Assembly (NCBI GenBank): GCA_965530995.1
Contig: CBESOB010000001.1
Coordinates: 1 to 46,597 of the forward strand
Length of the DNA stretch: 46,597 nucleotides
Direction: 5' to 3'
From: an uncultured Flavobacteriaceae bacterium
GTDB lineage: Bacteria > Bacteroidota > Bacteroidia > Flavobacteriales > Flavobacteriaceae
In this document: one piece after another, positions 46,390-46,597 of the stretch
Position numbering within the stretch: position 1 is the first letter of the stretch
How the letters are laid out: the number at the start of each line of letters is the position of its first letter
The notes under the pieces: generated by a model
Told to the model about the DNA's origin: nothing
The model's input: only the letters and a program-made list of their open reading frames with translations
The model's database searches: none
Program-made: the position numbers and the translations under genes

Positions 46390-46597
46390 ATTTATAGTCA
46401 CATAGAAAGTGAATTTGTTTCGCCTCCATTGGAATTCTGGTCATGTCGCTTAATATTCGGAAATCAAATCACACTCACTTTACTATTTACCATAACTTTT
46501 GTGGTATTTGGGTTGATATATGTAGATAATTTAATTCCTGCCTTTGATGGTAAAGGCGCCATTTTTGAGCAGGCAATGCTCATACCATCGGTTGTAA

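Noticed and set aside
46390-46597. Frame open from 46390 to the window end, containing a hydrophobic stretch (ITLTLLFTITFVVFGLIYV); possible 5' end of a membrane protein gene
   Set aside because: There is no ATG in frame, only a TTG at 46429. Just 56 codons are visible and no motif is recognisable, so a call cannot be supported without downstream sequence.
1-46597. Search for tRNA, rRNA, tmRNA, RNase P or SRP RNA, riboswitches, IS elements, integrases, prophage, toxin-antitoxin or defence-system genes
   Set aside because: I saw no T-arm-like GGTTCGAATCC motifs in the intergenic regions. I recognised no conserved riboswitch or rRNA sequences and no terminal inverted repeats flanking transposase-like ORFs. 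Every ORF longer than 150 aa has a housekeeping or envelope assignment. Absence by eye is not proof, so tRNAscan and Infernal scans should confirm it.

Overview
AT-rich (roughly mid-30s % GC by eye, not computed) chromosomal segment that reads as a Flavobacteriia-class Bacteroidota genome. Supporting this: a gldH gliding-motility lipoprotein, a T9SS C-terminal sorting domain, TAnnTTTG-type -7 boxes and no Shine-Dalgarno sequences. I call 40 densely packed protein-coding genes, nearly all housekeeping. In order they are: a lipoprotein; an envelope cluster (flippase, dut, sugar nucleotidyltransferase, TPR protein, LolB-like DUF4292 lipoprotein, EnvC-like degenerate M23 protein); an acyl-CoA thioesterase; a SPOR protein; dprA; trpS; plsC; an ECF-sigma operon; recA; trhO; ricT-gldH-PBP1A; scoAB; an orphan double-ATPase ABC protein; a 1647-aa T9SS-secreted reprolysin-type metalloprotease with FN3/GEVED/4x Ig-like/2x MAM domains; a PolB-like exonuclease; an S41 peptidase; two serine hydrolases; ogt; a CNNM/CBS protein; and a 7-gene heme operon (hemA, hemC-hemD fusion, hemE, EI24/CysZ-like, GNAT, hemF, hemB) with a divergent AraC regulator. 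I found no rRNA, tRNA, CRISPR array, IS element, prophage or recognisable defence island. The non-coding content is more unusual than the coding content. It includes a family of short hairpin (REP-like) elements with conserved termini tgtcatt(c/t)c...g(g/a)aatc, two strong terminator-like hairpins sitting between divergent gene starts, a 356-bp gene-free convergent spacer with a near-consensus Bacteroidota promoter, and a 42-bp-period tandem repeat cut by the window edge. The most interesting coding items are the ECF-sigma partner that combines an inner-membrane helix with a C-terminal beta-barrel, the metazoan-looking protease architecture, and the two uncharacterised genes embedded in the heme operon. 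All family assignments come from motif recognition by eye and need HMM or structure confirmation.
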